64,000 nucleotides of DNA from Lama glama. Its lineage: Eukaryota. The position numbers were made by a program, and so were the translations under genes. Shown here piece by piece: positions 53,106-64,000 of this stretch (positions are counted from its first letter, which is position 1; each line of letters begins with the position of its first letter). The notes under the pieces are model-generated. The model saw nothing but the letters and a program-made list of their open reading frames with translations. It ran no database searches and had not been told where the DNA came from. Location: NCBI GenBank assembly GCA_028534125.1, contig CM052816.1, forward strand, positions 34,474,001 to 34,538,000, read 5' to 3'.

Positions 53106-53804
53106 GTAATTCCTTGGGTAACTACATAAATTATAGTTAGTAAATTAAGGGCACAGAGAAAGGCCTCAGGGCAAGAATCCACTGCATTGTTCAAGCAATA
53201 TCTAAAGTATGGCTTAAAACCAAAAGAAAAAGGAAGAGAGGAAAGAGTGGATGTCAGAGATGAGTAAAGGTAAAACTCGAGACTCTCTAATTGATGACAC
53301 CTAACAAGTAAGAAAAGACAGCAGTCAAAATGGGTTCTAGGGTTTCAGAACCTCGACAGCTAAAAAGAGAACAACACTCTCAATCAAGATTAGAATCCAA
53401 AAGAAAAGCAAGTATGGAGAAAACTAGAGGAAATTAAATTAAAGGGGCAGAGAGGCCACCTAACAAGTGAATAGCAATAGGGCTGTCCAGTGCCTTTTCT
53501 GGAATTCTGTCCTTTTCGTATCTGGATGATACCCTGAAATCACCCAAGCCTAGAAAACACTGACATCCTTTGTGTTTCCATATGGTAATGGTTTCTTTTC
53601 AAGTTAATTCCTTCTTTTTCTGGCCAAAAGGGAAGACATGCAGGATTCCTGACCAATAAATACCTTGCTAAAAATCAAAAGCACTTACAGGTAAATCTGT
53701 CATAGTGGTTTGAATAAATTACTCTCAAATTAAAAAATTATCTACTTGAAAAATTAAATTTTCAGATTTACAGAAGCCATCTCAATGTAATTTTGATTAC
53801 ATAC

Positions 53805-53910
53805 TTGGTGGCATTTCGAATTATCCCCCTTTAAAAAAAAGTTCCTTTATACATTGTCAAACCACATGGTTTGCAGATCTGTGCTGTGGCAATATTTAAT
53901 CCTGTGTTGC
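53805..53910 (-). pseudogene. Nested GT49-like pseudogene, candidate stem exon
   Basis: ttctttccgtattctatctattcag|GC...ACC AA|gtatgt; 106 nt, phase 1/2; NTGLNIATAQICKPCGLTMYKGTFF*RGIIRNAT(K). Phase matches the next pseudo-exon, but protein similarity is weak. Confidence 0.45.
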
Positions 53911-54357
53911 CTGAATAGATAGAATACGGAAAGAAGTCTGAAATCTCTTTCCCTGTCTCAGACTTTCACCTTGAATCTTCAGAGTCCTCTAAGCCCCTAA
54001 TCCTGTAAGACTTTGTATCAAGCGTCCTTACAGTTGGTTTCCTTAGGCAATTGTGAATGTAGAGAGAAACAGAAATATCCTTGTACATTTAAGGATTATT
54101 TAAGCCTAGACAATTATGATTTGTTCAAGATGCCCTAAACTTTTAATTCTTAATTATACCTGCTCTCTGTACAAAGACTATGAATGCATACACTATACAG
54201 CTCACGTAACCTTAGCACGTTGACATGTACCGTTACTATCAGCAGGTTATGGACTACTTTTTAAATACTCACAAACTAAATCATGGTAGGTTCTAGCTAT
54301 AACTAATAGCATGATCAAATTCATTTACAAGTATTATTTAAACTATATGGGTTTAGA

Positions 54358-54577
54358 CCAGTGTTCCTCAACCTTTTTTCATTATAACCTCCTTCAAGTC
54401 TAATCACCCCTCCACACAATTTTAATACTACACATAAAACGTGTATCTGTCATGTACTATTATGTACTGTATCTGCGCTTTGCACATTAAAAAAAAATAA
54501 GTTTTTTTCAAACCTCCACCCACAGGAACCAATTTTTAATCCTCCTGGAGAAGACATCTCTCTACTGAGGATAGAGG
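54358..54577. mobile_element. Non-autonomous hAT-Charlie-type MER element
   Basis: Begins cagtgttcctcaacctttt and ends with a degenerate TIR, ctactgaggatagagg. Confidence 0.5.
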
Positions 54578-54618
54578 TTTTGTTTAGATTAATAATATGT
54601 TGTTCATATAAGAATTAC

Positions 54619-54755
54619 ACTTATAATCAAAGTAAAGCTAAGCCTTAGAGCATCACAGAAGACTCACAAAGAATAGAAGACTGAGTTATGGCCATTCTTT
54701 TGAAACTGCCAATTTAAACACTGAGAAGTACAGGTGATTATTTAACTTGCAGTAC
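54619..54755 (-). pseudogene. Nested GT49-like pseudogene, candidate type-II membrane-anchor exon
   Basis: ttttattttgtag|...AAG T|gtaatt (phase-1 end matches the next candidate exon). Reads VFKLAVSKEWP*LSLLFFVSLL*CSKA*LYFDYK from GTG at 54721. T-rich DNA reads hydrophobic in any frame, so this is weak evidence. Confidence 0.3.
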
Positions 54756-55245
54756 CTACAAAATAAAACTATCAAATTCTTCCATTTTAAAGCCCATCAC
54801 CCAGTCTTCCAATCTTCACTGATTTTACTGAAAGATCAATAACTCAGATAATTTGCGGTTAACAAATAAAATAGACTTTAAAAACCAAAAATATAAGTAG
54901 TTTTATTCATGAGGCTCTAAAGTACAAAGAAGACGATAAAGATAAAAATAGGAATCTGACAATCATAAGTATTCCCAATTCACCTAACTATGGAAACAGC
55001 AGCAATGACATGTGGTAGAAAAGAACTGTGAAGATACAATATTACAATGAAGAACATGATTTAAATACAAACCATTTAAAAAGAAATATCAAAAAGCAAT
55101 TGTTTTACTAACAGACTCAAAAATTCCATTTATGTCTAAATTATCAAAATTCTTCAATATTGAAGCTCAAAACTATATTTGTCCTTAATTAATAGACCTC
55201 TATCTTCTAACTTTCTTCCTCCAGCATACGTAAGGCTGAATTATC

Positions 55246-55360
55246 ACTTACTGCTGGACAAGGCAAGGACAGCGTATCTTTTCCTTTGACTCACTAGGGC
55301 CCCATCCCCACCGCATCCCGCCCACCCTAACATGTACCCACAGGGGACTCATGGGGTGGA
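55246..55360 (-). promoter_or_regulatory. GC-box/CACCC/AP-1 cluster followed by a consensus splice donor
   Basis: CCCGCCC at 55317-55323, CCCACCC at 55321-55327, TGACTCA at 55287-55293, and minus-strand donor GCA|GTAAGT at 55251-55246. Confidence 0.3.
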
Positions 55361-56498
55361 GGCAGAGCATGAATTACTTATAGCAAGCTTAAGTCATTCC
55401 AACAGTCAGCAAAAAAAGAAGATCCTCCCCCACCAAAATAGAAAAAGAAAAAAAATAGATAAGAAGATTACTTCTAAAGCCGAATAGATTTACTGACACC
55501 ACAGTTTCTTAGGGATACAATATATAAAGAACAGCCATATAACCCAAAATGCATTGAAACATTACTTATTTTAAGAAAAAGAGAATGTTTTGTAACTTTA
55601 TAACTGATTTTTTTTTCAATATCATTATTCTTTCACCCTAAATATGGCCTAGCAATATGCAAGCTTTTAAGACTTTAACCTTAAGACTTAAACTTTCTTT
55701 TCAAATTAATCCCTTCTTTTTTTCTAGCCACAAGAGAGGTAGAGTTTCTTTAGTATCACTTTAGTGATACTTTAGTATCATTAAAATATACTTATCTTCT
55801 TGTTCTAAGGTGTAAGCTCTACATGCTTTAAGTCTCTACTTACTGAAGAAGTTTAGTCAGGATTACACTTTACAATTACTCTTCTATCCTACAACTTGCA
55901 AGAGGTGATACATTTCTTTGTAAGTCAGAGGCAGCCATCAATTAAATGCCCCATTTCTAGGTCAATTGAACATGTTTCCCATCTACTTTAACGTAAATCA
56001 ACAGTGTGAAAATGAGGCAGTTTGACAAGCACAGTGACAATTACCTAGTAAACAATTTACAGTAAGAACCCTTATCTTCTAATAGTAATTAAGTTTCTGC
56101 TTTCATTTAAAAATGTAGGATCATAGATTAATGAAACCAAGGTAAGTAAACAAAAAGTTAATCAAGAAAGAGCATACTTTAAAAAATAATCAATATTATA
56201 CATATAAGGTAATTTTTATAATAATACACATTTACGATCTCATATGAAGTATCTGTAAGAAATACTGTTATAATAGTTTATTTAGCTATCAATGCATCAA
56301 GCACTGTGTTAGCTATTAGTACTGAACATGACACAGTCCTGGGAGAAAATCCATTTCTTCAAAACAATTTTTTAAATTAGTAAGTTGATTAAATGAAATA
56401 CTACCTTAAAATATATGCTGGGTCCAGAATAAAATCATAAAAATCAAAAAAGTCAAGTCAGAAAGGTAATCAAAGTTTAGGAGAAATTATGTATTTAC

Positions 56499-56566
56499 CT
56501 TGGCTCTGCACTCAGACTTATTACATTTTTTTGTGGCAGAGAACTTTGTGCTCTTTGTTTCAAATC
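56499..56566 (-). CDS. MAN2A1: Alpha-mannosidase II coding exon (~exon 12)
   Basis: ttttacag|GAT...CCA AG|gtaaat; 68 nt, phase 0/2; DLKQRAQSSLPQKNVISLSAEP(R). Confidence 0.97.
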
Positions 56567-57229
56567 CTGTAAAAATGAACAGAAATTTTTATTTTACTTT
56601 TAAAACTTTAAGTTTCAGAATTAGCTATGTAATAATACCTTGAAGAAACCATGAAAAGGATACAACAGGAAAAAAAAAAATCCTCCTTCCAGCTACATGA
56701 AGTCTACCAAAGTTCAACATAAAGTCCTTCAAAGTTCAAAGTTTAACACAACATCTTGTGTATGTGCATGTATTAAGTATTTTGATTTCAAATATATCGT
56801 ATATTACAGGGACTAGAGTCCATAATGGGTAGTTCCATCTAGGAACCAAATAAATCAGAGTTCTAGAGACAAATCCATAAAAAGTTTTACTACTTTACTT
56901 TTATGTCATATGTTTTATAACCTTAAGAAATGTATGTCTATTTATTGCATTTTTTACTTTAATATGAAAATGTAATTACTATTTGATTACAGGCATCAGT
57001 ACATGAAATACTGAAGCTATAGCTCCAATTCCAGATGTGCAAATTCAAATTAAATGTAAAATTTCAAAGCCTGTCATTCCCAATTGATTCTAATGATAAA
57101 TAAATAATTCAAAATATCCGAGTTGCTGAGTGGAAGTGTGAAGAGGGTTTCAATCAACCATTTTTCAGCTGTTCTTCCTAGACTGTTCTTCGTTTCAGAG
57201 CAAGATCTGTTTTTGTTAGCTTATCTGAT

Positions 57230-57385
57230 CCTAACACGCCAAGACAGATATTATCATCCCATTTTACAGATAAATGAATGAGGGCTCACAGACGTTAAGT
57301 AATTTTTTTAATGCCCATGCAATTAGGTGCACAGTTTGAAACTAAAAGCTAGTCTCTCAATTCCTCAATCACTACTCTACTATTA
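57230..57385 (-). mobile_element. MIR SINE
   Basis: attatcatcccattttacagataaatgaatgagggctcacagacgttaagtaatt. Confidence 0.7.
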
Positions 57386-57861
57386 CACTGACCAGAGCAC
57401 TCCTTGGACTCATCCTAAAACAAGAAGACAACTTAGGATCATTCAAATTGAAGTTCAGCAACAAAAGATTAATAAGTTAAGGAAGTTCAAATATTAAGGG
57501 TCTTCTAATGAAACTTAAGAAAATAACTAATCATGATGTTCAGTTACCTTATGATATCATCTTATGTATTCTAAAAGCCTGTATGTTTCCCAGACCTTGA
57601 AATAAATTCATTATTTTTCATGCTTAGATTTAGTCAGAATAAAATACACACCATAAATCAAATACAGACACACTTAAGAGAAAGAACAATACACAGGTAA
57701 TTTATATAAAGTGACAGGTAACAAATAATTTCTTTCAAATAATGTACAAAGGAATAATTATATTTCAATGTCTCTTTGCATTAAGCTTCTCACTCCCTTT
57801 TCCAATCTAAGAGTAAAAGAATCATACACTTTTATTATTAAAACAGAAGACATCAACTAAC

Positions 57862-57976
57862 CATTTCTAGGAAGGTATCAAACGAATAAGAGTCGTAGGA
57901 GCGTTTATCCTTCAAAATAAGCAGCAGTGAGGAATGTCCAATTATCTTCCTTAAATTCATTAATGAATGAAAGAGT
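57862..57976 (-). CDS. MAN2A1: Alpha-mannosidase II coding exon (~exon 11)
   Basis: ttcacag|A CTC...GAA ATG|gttagt; 115 nt, phase 2/0; LFHSLMNLRKIIGHSSLLLILKDKRSYDSYSFDTFLEM. Confidence 0.97.
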
Positions 57977-59989
57977 CTGTGAACCAAAAATTTTACTAGT
58001 CTGAGAAGTAATTTAAATATCTGTATACAATATTTTCAGTTTCTTTAATTATGGCCAAACCACCATTACCTTCATCCTGTAATCAAAGTGAAATAAACCT
58101 ACAACAAATTGGTTCTTTTTTTTTTCAATCTAGAATGGAGTACTTAGAAAAAATGTTAATCAGAAGTTATCACTGACAAGGATTCATTTAAAATAGAAAA
58201 CTTTCTGAACACACTTGAAACACATAAACTTATTCAAAGTACTTATACTTTCCATGAATACCATACCAAATAATGACTAGCCAGCATGAGCTCCCCAAAA
58301 GCTCTAAGGCATTTTACTAAAAAGTAGTAACTTGATACTTTACTTTAGAAAAATCATTAACAAGCATTGAAATAATGATAAAAGAAGACAAGAGATTAAC
58401 TCTCGTTCACAATAAAATTCAGTCTACACAATTTAAAGAATTTAAATTCCTAAAGAATTCAAATAGATATTTTGCCGAATTTAATTTCATGTTCTTGTTC
58501 AAAAGAACTAGAAAAAAAAGAAGTTTTCACAGATCTGGATATAATGAAACTGTCTTTGTCTTTGTGATTTTTCTTTGTCATTGAAGTTGCTAATTGTATT
58601 CAAATCATTTATTTATGTCTGAGGAACCAAAGGGATGCTTATGAATCAACTGATTCCAGATCAATTCTGGAATATAATCTCAGCACATTACCAACTATTG
58701 CTGAAGCATTACATATGGCAAAAGAATCTGCCTTTTATTTCCAAGTTCAATCTTGCTTCTTTAAAGGTTTATAAAGCAGGAATCTCAAAGTAAACTTGTA
58801 TTGGAGAAATCTGTAGTGAACTTTGCTATTCATGTTTTCAATCAACCATTAGAATAAATCTGTTATGTTTGCAGAGTGATTATATTATTTCCCCCCAAAC
58901 AGGAAGCAATTCTGGATCTATGTGTTAAAAATATTTTTGTTGGCATGCAACAACAAAAAAAATTTGTGAAAGAATCAGAAATAACTTCTTTTTGCAGAGC
59001 ATTAAAATTAACTTCAAAGATGTAAGCAATCATGATCAGTAATTAAATACATTTACACAGTAAATCTGTAACCATAGTATTAAAATCTTACAGATTTGAG
59101 TTCCGACCATAATCCAGCTAAATTTCTCAGTCTATTCAAATGTTTAACACGATAGTAATAAGTGTTCTCACCAGACTAAAAGACCATATAAATGAATGAA
59201 TACAATTTAGTTATGAAAACAAGTCCCTCAATCTAAGATTATTTTTATTCTTTACATGGAGCTTCATGAAGCAGTCTGAACCTGTAGAATAAAAGTCATG
59301 TTCTCCATCAGCTAAAACCTTATATGTATTATACTGTATTATATTTAAACTGAGTGAACGCCACAAATTGGTGTTCGTGTCCTAAAGGCACAGATGCAGT
59401 CTTCTTATGAGATGACCACTAAAGACAGGTACAGCATTCCCCAAATGCTTTTACAAGATGTATACAGCTATTTTGTTGAAAATAAAACAAAGCTAAACAT
59501 AGTACATAAGCTTGGGAAAACCAGGAAAGGAAAATTTTCTGTTTCAACATTTTGCCAATGTGGGATTTCTCAGAGCCTCTAACTTCCTAACATGCCCTTA
59601 TCCTATTATGAAGCAGTTCAGGAAACGTTAGCTCTCTAGGAATCACAGCTCTCTAGTTCATTACCATTGCTTCTGTTTAAAGGAGACGTCATCATGTCTG
59701 TCAGTCAACAGTTTCATTTACACGTTAAGAGACTAATGCTTACCCTTTGTTCATTTTTTTCTCCTACCTACCTTTACTATAACTTAGGAACCAGCAGAAT
59801 TTAGTCTTTCTGTAACTGATCTCATTACCATTCCTTCTTGACACAGCCACATCATTCACTTTTAAGCTGAACATCCAAATAAATGTACTGCCCTGTCTAA
59901 TTCATTTTTGATACCATGATTAGAATTAACCTCCAAATATGCCATGATGAATGCTTGCTCTCCAGTTTATAATGATAAAATCTACTGTT

Positions 59990-60190
59990 GAGAGCATGAC
60001 TCCAAGAGTCCCTCTTAGATGGCAGAAGAGAAGCTAAAAGGGTCTGGAGCCCTGATGGCATCTTGGAGCTGTCATATCTGAACCAGTGACCTGCAGACTT
60101 CCTTCACATGGTGTAAAAATAAGCAAGACAGGATTTATTCTGTTTAGAGTTGCTATTATTAGCAGTCAAATGCAACCACTAACTCATTCA
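59990..60190 (+). mobile_element. MLT1 LTR 3' fragment
   Basis: gatggcagaagagaag...ccctgatggcatcttggagctg...attagcagtcaaatgcaaccactaac. Confidence 0.55.
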
Positions 60191-61991
60191 CCTGTTCATA
60201 GAAACATTTCTGCCAACATCTGAATAAAAAGTAGTCAACAATCCAAGAACAAGAGAACACCCAATACTAGCTGCCTCTTCTCTAACTTGTGTTTTGAAAT
60301 TTCCTGCTGAAAATGTCTGTGCTAATGACTTGATAATTGTTTATGACTTTTCAATGAACTGTGAACTGCTCACAAGGCAAATTTACAAATGTCAAGGACA
60401 ATTTGAGAATTAGTGTCTTTTTTCTCGAAGATGCAGTTTTGTGTGGGGACGCTTTTTAAAAGCTAAAAGCAATACCATACAAAAGGAGGAACTAATGACA
60501 GGCTTCTGGAGAGGTTATGAGACAGAAAATGTTCTGTAACAAAAACTCAATGACCTGTACCCAAATCTCTTTCAATATGGCAGCCAGAGAGAGAACAAGT
60601 AGGCAGGGTAGGAGGATGACTTCTCTATTTCCTCTCAAGAGCTATATTCTGCTCTGATTCTCAGCAGCCTCACTTTAAAACTCTCAATATACCAAGACAG
60701 GAACAGGTGAAAAAGAAAAATGGAGTATCTGACCTTACTTTCAAAAATGCTTTCTGTGAGAGAAATAACATCATTATCATCCAATGAGTGTTTTCCACTT
60801 TAAGACTGACTCAACCTCAAAAGACAGATGCCAAATACATTTGCTACAAGAAAACTGACAAGATATTCAAGATACTACCTTGAATACATTTTCTAAGGAC
60901 TCAAGTTCAACTAATGAAATTCAATAATTTTTTCCAAGTTTCTAAAGGCAGTCAAAATATTGTAACTAAAAATTTAATGCCTACTACAATTAGCAATACC
61001 AGTTGTGGAACAGTTTTTTAAATGTTGACTATATGTACTACATAACACTTTTCACATACGAGAAAAAAAAAGATTCATTTTTAAAATCTATAAGAAAATT
61101 GTAGCACATTTTTAATGATTTTAAAATATCAAAGCATGATTTGGAAGAAATACTAATCTAACCTACAGTGAAACAATAGGCAAAACTCCTCCTGCAATGT
61201 CGGAATCTCCTCTGCACTCATTTGAACGAATGGTAGCCTCAACTCTGGCATGATGAGGGAAATCTCACTATCACAAAAGGTAAGGCTTTCCATCATTGGG
61301 AAGCACTGTTTACAAAGCCCTCAGCTACTATGAGCCAAAGCCTGTCCTCACTATTTCTGATCTGCAATATGAAAACTGAGCTTCCACTCCCTCATTCATC
61401 TGATAGACCGTCTAGGAGTTGAAGATGCCTTTGACACCAATACCCAGGCTATCCCTTTTCATCCCAGTTCATTATATCATCCACATATGACAAAGTTTCT
61501 AGGTTCCTCTACCTCCTGCCTATGCTTCTAGGCCTACTCTTTTTTTGTCAATGTCCCTCTAAAAATATGAGATGTGCAAGAACAAATGTATATGAAATAG
61601 GATGAAATTAAATGGCTATATAATGAAGTAGAGCTCTTTATCTTCCAGGATTGTAACTATGATTTATATGATACTCATTCCTTGGTCAAGAAGATAACCC
61701 CAATCACCTCACTGTACTTGGGAAAAAATGGGATTTGCTTCATAATAATGTCTTACTACTGCATTTACAGAAATGCACTACAGTAAAAAGTTGAGATAGC
61801 TACTACTTTGCCAACAGATTTCTTGTAAAATTATTGGCTCTAAAAACTTGTGGTTGTTCCATAGCAATACTTACAAGGAATATCATTAATGTGGTCAGAT
61901 ATACATTAAAAAATTTATCAAAAGATAAAAGCTTATGAATCAAAATTTTTGAAGATTTTGTTTTAAGATCACTTTTCAATAATTATATTAC

Positions 61992-62174
61992 CTGGTACCA
62001 TAATCCACAACCACCCAATCTTTTGCAGTTCCTGTGATGGCATCATGATGTTGAAATAGTCCCAAATTCCTTCTGGCTTCTGTCAGTGCCACGTAATGGG
62101 ATGATGAAAGAAATTTATTTATCTTGTATTGCTGAGCTTGCTTCAGGGCGAAATAGTAAAGAATTTCAGCAGCC
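61992..62174 (-). CDS. MAN2A1: Alpha-mannosidase II coding exon (~exon 10)
   Basis: tattag|G GCT...ACC AG|gtaata; 183 nt, phase 2/2. Reads (R)AAEILYYFALKQAQQYKINKFLSSSHYVALTEARRNLGLFQHHDAITGTAKDWVVVDYGT(R), including the GH38 HHDAITGT zinc-ligand motif. Confidence 0.98.
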
Positions 62175-64000
62175 CTAATAGCATAAAACAGTCATTAATT
62201 TCCACTTCAAAACATTTTCGTTTACTACCTAAAATATGTGGCATTGACACATTTTCAAATGTGGTTTTTAAAAAATCCACAATCTCAGTATGATCAAATT
62301 AAGAGAGATATTGACAATAAACATTTCTATAAAACCACCAAGGTATCCATCTGATACATCTAAATTCTCAGTCATCAAAGAACACCACATGTCAGTGATT
62401 TAAGGGAGAGATGCCAATACCCATTGGCACCAAGATATGTTTATGTAGAACAGAGTGAAAAAACATCTCAAAGCAGTATAGAACTGGTTAAGTGTTTCTG
62501 TCACTTCTTCTCAGCAGTGTAGACATATATCATGAACTGTACCAGAAATCCATTTATTCTCACATATGTACATTAAGAGCAGAGGTGGTGGTGAAATGCA
62601 TGGTCACATGAGTGCGAGACTAACAAGCAAAGGAGAGGCAGAAAATGATGGCCCAATAGTTCAGATACAAGGGTTAGTCTAAGCCTGAATGATAACATAT
62701 AAGAAGTATGGACAATTTAACAATGTAAACTGAAAGATGATAAATCTAAAAAAAAATGATAAATCACATACTGTCTGATTTATTTTAAAGAATAAAACAC
62801 TTTAGCATAAGAACAGATTTTGAGCAAGAATATGGGGGTTTACAATTTTCACCTTTAAATTTTTTTTATCCAAGGACATGGTTCAACACAGGTTTCTAAA
62901 AAGTTCTTTGAAAAGAGACATGGCTTGATGGAGTAAAAAAATACAAGAAAGTTCTTTATGACAACATGTTAAGACAATGAATAGAAAAATCAAGGCAGCA
63001 TGAAAATGATACGTATCAAGACATCTGAGAAAAAGAAGAGACTCAAAGTGCTTTAAAAAAAAAGAATTCCTTTGAATTATTGAAATAATTAAAAGATACT
63101 AGATAATCTCCACTTTTAAACTATAAGCCTTCTTAAATTCATGGCATGAGAATCACTATATTGGAAATAAGAAAACTGTATGTGCATATATATGCATGTA
63201 TACCCATTACAAATATTCCTGGTTTTGGAAAGAGTACATACACATACAGATATTCCAAAATGTAAAAAGTGCATTTTAAGACTATTTTATTCTCTATAGT
63301 TTTCTACTTTATACACTTTTTATAACAAATGAGTTTAGGATGAAATGCCATCATAATCAGATAATAAACTTATTTCAAATAAATTAATTATTCTTTGAAA
63401 TTCATGTTAACGTAAGGCTTATTGTCTTATTTTAAAGCAGCAGAATTTTCAAAATATATTACCAACAATAATATATTCAAGTAACACCTTAATTATGTCC
63501 AATAAATTAGGACTGAACCAATGTTCATAACTCTTTGTCACTAAAAAACACATGACACTAAAAAATCATGCAGAGGTCCAAAAGAATTTCTGTTACTTAG
63601 TACTTGCTCTATTTTTTTTATCAAAGATAGTTTAGAATAATTTAACAGATATCTAATTAATATTCTATTGGGTAAGAATGCAGAAATCTCTATATATAAA
63701 AACTATTTTGTTATACATACAATAATATGCATACATCTGGCGCATTTGTGAATATCCCAAAAAAAGAGTCAAAAGTTAGGCTTTTAAAATAAAAGTTACT
63801 ATTAGTTTGTGATAACAAGCAGTACAATGACAGTAAAAATAATAAAAACACACGCTACTATACCAAAGTACAACTGTTAAAAAAACTAATAATTTTTATA
63901 AAAGGCTTTCCAAAATGTATTGTTTCCACCAGTACATAGAAGAGAACAGATACAACTTTTTATTCTTAATACTGAGATTCATCATGAAAATTAATCATCA

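Noticed and set aside
41382..54755. Processed pseudogene of B4GAT1 or LARGE
   Set aside because: The blocks are separated by kb-scale introns with splice signals and old repeats, no poly-A or TSD was seen, and identity to the recalled proteins is low.
41382..54755. Functional nested gene or alternative coding exons of MAN2A1 in this species
   Set aside because: Every block has a stop or frameshift, and none resembles GH38 sequence.
1..64000. CRISPR arrays, rRNA, tRNA or prokaryotic systems
   Set aside because: The sequence is mammalian intronic DNA, and no repeat-spacer array or structural RNA gene was seen.

Overview
Mammalian genomic DNA, AT-rich and mostly intronic. The young L1 3' ends, with no Alu, Bov-tA, PRE-1 or CAN-SINE seen, suggest a camelid (inference). 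The window lies inside MAN2A1 (Golgi alpha-mannosidase II, GH38) on the minus strand. Eleven consecutive coding exons (about exons 10-20 by human numbering) have GT-AG boundaries and compatible phases, and join into one open frame of 1594 nt. Most notable: the 25-kb intron between exons 12 and 13 appears to hold a decayed multi-exon gene on the same strand (about 41.4-55.3 kb). Its spliced translation follows, motif by motif, the GT49 glycosyltransferase domain of B4GAT1 and the LARGE C-terminal domain. I read it as a nested unitary pseudogene of a B4GAT1-like paralog. This was aligned by eye to recalled sequences and needs an HMM or tBLASTn test. Also present: a very small TSD-flanked U6/L1 chimeric retrocopy, a young TSD-flanked L1 3' end, and old repeats (MLT1 LTRs, L2, MIR, L1M, hAT-Charlie). 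Repeat coordinates and subfamilies are approximate.
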